A stretch of DNA of 40,046 nt from Albugo candida. Its lineage: Eukaryota. Numbering within the stretch: position 1 is the first letter of the stretch; every line of letters begins with the position of its first letter. This document shows positions 37,761 through 40,046 of this stretch, piece after piece. The DNA is taken from assembly GCA_040437565.1 (NCBI GenBank), contig JBDOQK010000093.1:1-40046 (forward strand), read 5' to 3'. The notes below the pieces were generated by a model. The model saw only the letters and a program-made list of their open reading frames with translations, ran no database searches and was not told the origin of the DNA. A program made the translations under genes and the position numbers.

Positions 37761-38642
37761 TTAATATATTCACAGATTAGCATATTCAAATAACAGAAAT
37801 TAGACGCATTTTCATCTCTCATAGAAATATTTGTTTTTTAAAATAGGCTTCGCAACCAGTGCAGTCAGGTTACTTAATTCTAGTAATTATAGACACCTGC
37901 AACTATGACCAGCCACTTACCCTCACTATAGACATTGAGGAATCCTTGGCTTCTCCAATTGCGCCGCCATTTTGTGTTTTAAAGAAATGAATTTATATAA
38001 TCATTCGAAACCCGCAAAACCTAATTTCTTTGTTTATTAGCCTTTGAAACTATTATCTTCATGTAGACTGAGGGAGTGTACGCTTTTATGTCGCCCTGCA
38101 AATAATATTCGTCCTAGTAAAGCGTGTTCACGATCCACCTTACCTTCCCTTTTCACTTCAAGGAGAACTCTAATGTAATAACCAAAAAAAATGTCGCGCG
38201 AAGGTTTGGAAAGCTCTTAGCACTATATATGACATGATTTTATCTGCTGTAACATCCTCATCAACTTGTACGTCTTCTGCTGTAGGTTTAAAATGTAAAA
38301 ATTAACTGACATACTTTCTGATATTATTTATTTATACAAATATTAGAAAAGGAGAAACACTATTCAAAAAGATAACGCTTCAAGGGTTTATTTAAAATTA
38401 GAAGGATATGATCTGATGCAGTGTATTTTATTATAATATATAACAAAGAACACAAATTTAACTAAATAGCGCTTCCCTTGGTCGCACGGACATCTTGCGC
38501 ATGGCATTGCTGCGTGCTCGGGACAGCATTGCGAAGATGGGGACCTAATGAAAAAAGACATGAGGTAAAAAAAATATGTACATAATACTCACCGATAATT
38601 GCTTTGATCCTAGCGCCCATTCATAGCAGGCTGATGCGTGTC

Positions 38643-38770
38643 GCACCAAAGGATTTCGGTGAGCTCCTGCGTCTCTTCCTCCACCCCAAGTGCGACACCA
38701 ATGCGACATGATCTGCACCAAAGGATTTCGGAGAGCCCATGCGTCTCTTCCTCCATCCTAGGTGCCACAT
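38643..38770. repeat. Direct repeat with 72-bp period (2 copies)
   Basis: GCACCAAAGGATTTCGG.GAGC...TGCGTCTCTTCCTCCA occurs at 38643 and 38715. Confidence 0.85.
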
Positions 38771-39041
38771 GTGCACTGTAACTCACGATATTGCACCTAC
38801 AGGTAACATATAAGAATTAGAAACCAAAGCCACATGAAAATATCACAATACCTTTCGCGAGAATGTGTACCCAGAGCGCCAAATCAGTACGTCTACTGTC
38901 TGGGACTATCATGCACCCGGCAAGTTTTGGAATGACAGAAATGTTGTGACTCACTGAGTTCTGTAATAGAAAGTAACAATTACCAGCTGTTAACGAATTT
39001 CATACCAGTCAACTTTCCATAATTGAAACAGTATTGCGTTT

Positions 39042-39905
39042 TTCTAGATTCCTGCTAGATTTGAAAAATAAAGAAAAAGTACACAGATTTTCTCTATATG
39101 CAGTATTATAATGCGCTTAGTGAGTTATTAGACCGCTTTTATTACGGTAACATTTCTCATTATTTTTAATTCTCTATTATATTTAATGTAAGTGAGTTAT
39201 CAGACTGTTATTTTATTATAGTAATAATATTGATTCTTTCTAGTTTTCTACTAGGTTTAAAGTAAGTGAGTTATTACACTGCTATTTATTACGGTATTAT
39301 TTCTGATTAGGGTAGATTTAAAGTAAGTGAGTTATCTGACTGCTTTATAATATAGTAAGGGATCCGCTAACGACCCATCACCCCCATATTTCCAGCTGAT
39401 CACAGACCTCCATTTTTATCCTCCCTCCTATTTTGAAATCAACGTGTGGAGTGAGCTTTNNNNNNNNNNNNNNNNNNNNNNNNNNNNNNNNNNNNNNNNN
39501 NNNNNNNNNNNNNNNNNNNNNNNNNNNNNNNNNNNNNNNNNNNNNNNNNNNNNNNNNNNTTAATTGAACTTTGAGGTACGGAAAGTTTTATTTGCGGTGC
39601 GCAAGTTCGGTTGATGGTCCAAGATGCATGATATGCGGATACTTGGGCTGGTAGTGTAAAGTACAACGGCAAGATGAAGTACGGTTTCAAATATAGAAAT
39701 TCAAAGTACGTGAGGTATTAGACTGCTTTTTGTTACAGTATATTTCTGATTATTTCTAGTTTCTATTAGATTTAAAATATAGAAATAGTTCAGTTGGTTT
39801 TTAGTCTATTTCGTGTATGATTGGATGAACTAAATTCATGCGCTCAGTCAGCAATGAGATAATAGTCCGCTTTTATTATAGTAATAGTGTTGTTTTTTTC
39901 TAGTG
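39042..39905 (-). repeat. Inverted copies of the telomere-associated AT-rich repeat (39042-39360 and ~39700-39905)
   Basis: 39747-39765 is the exact reverse complement of 418-436 (TAGAAACTAGAAATAATCA). The reverse complement of 39042-39067 resembles 185-211. Tandem ~60-75-bp sub-units AGTGAGTTAT..AC(T/C)G...TTAT lie at 39119-39360. Confidence 0.8.
39460..39559. other. Assembly gap (100 N)
   Basis: Run of exactly 100 N. Confidence 0.99.
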
Positions 39906-40046
39906 CATAGCCTTTCGTAATATCTTTATTCAAGTAGGTAATAACAATCTTATCATTACATTCACCCATGCTTTTATACTATTGCTTGTACTAGTAATAA
40001 CTTCTTCCTTATCACTTGCTTTTCTGACTACTACATCTAATATCAC

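Overview
This is eukaryotic DNA from a left chromosome end, most plausibly an oomycete. An Albugo-like source is an inference from the protein fragments, moderate GC and very short intron-like segments. The window opens with a non-canonical telomere array: G-strand TTTATGG and TTTATGGG units, with a single canonical TTTAGGG unit at the inner edge. An AT-rich subtelomeric repeat follows, and the same repeat family reappears inverted at about 39.0-39.9 kb. Between them I find no convincingly intact conserved gene. Instead there is a mosaic of heavily decayed, truncated copies of housekeeping genes: a PPR-like protein, rhomboid, VPS15, cyclophilin, TOR, a TOPBP1-like BRCT protein, an RPA1 fragment and TOP2. 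Other structures include a 10-copy ~185-bp satellite, a 3x83-bp CCAAT-rich repeat, a perfect 50-bp palindrome inside the TOP2 relic, a ~730-bp insertion splitting the TOR relic, a ~1.04-kb duplication across an assembly gap and two 100-N gaps. All family calls come from recognising motifs in manual translations, with no database search, and pseudogene boundaries are approximate.
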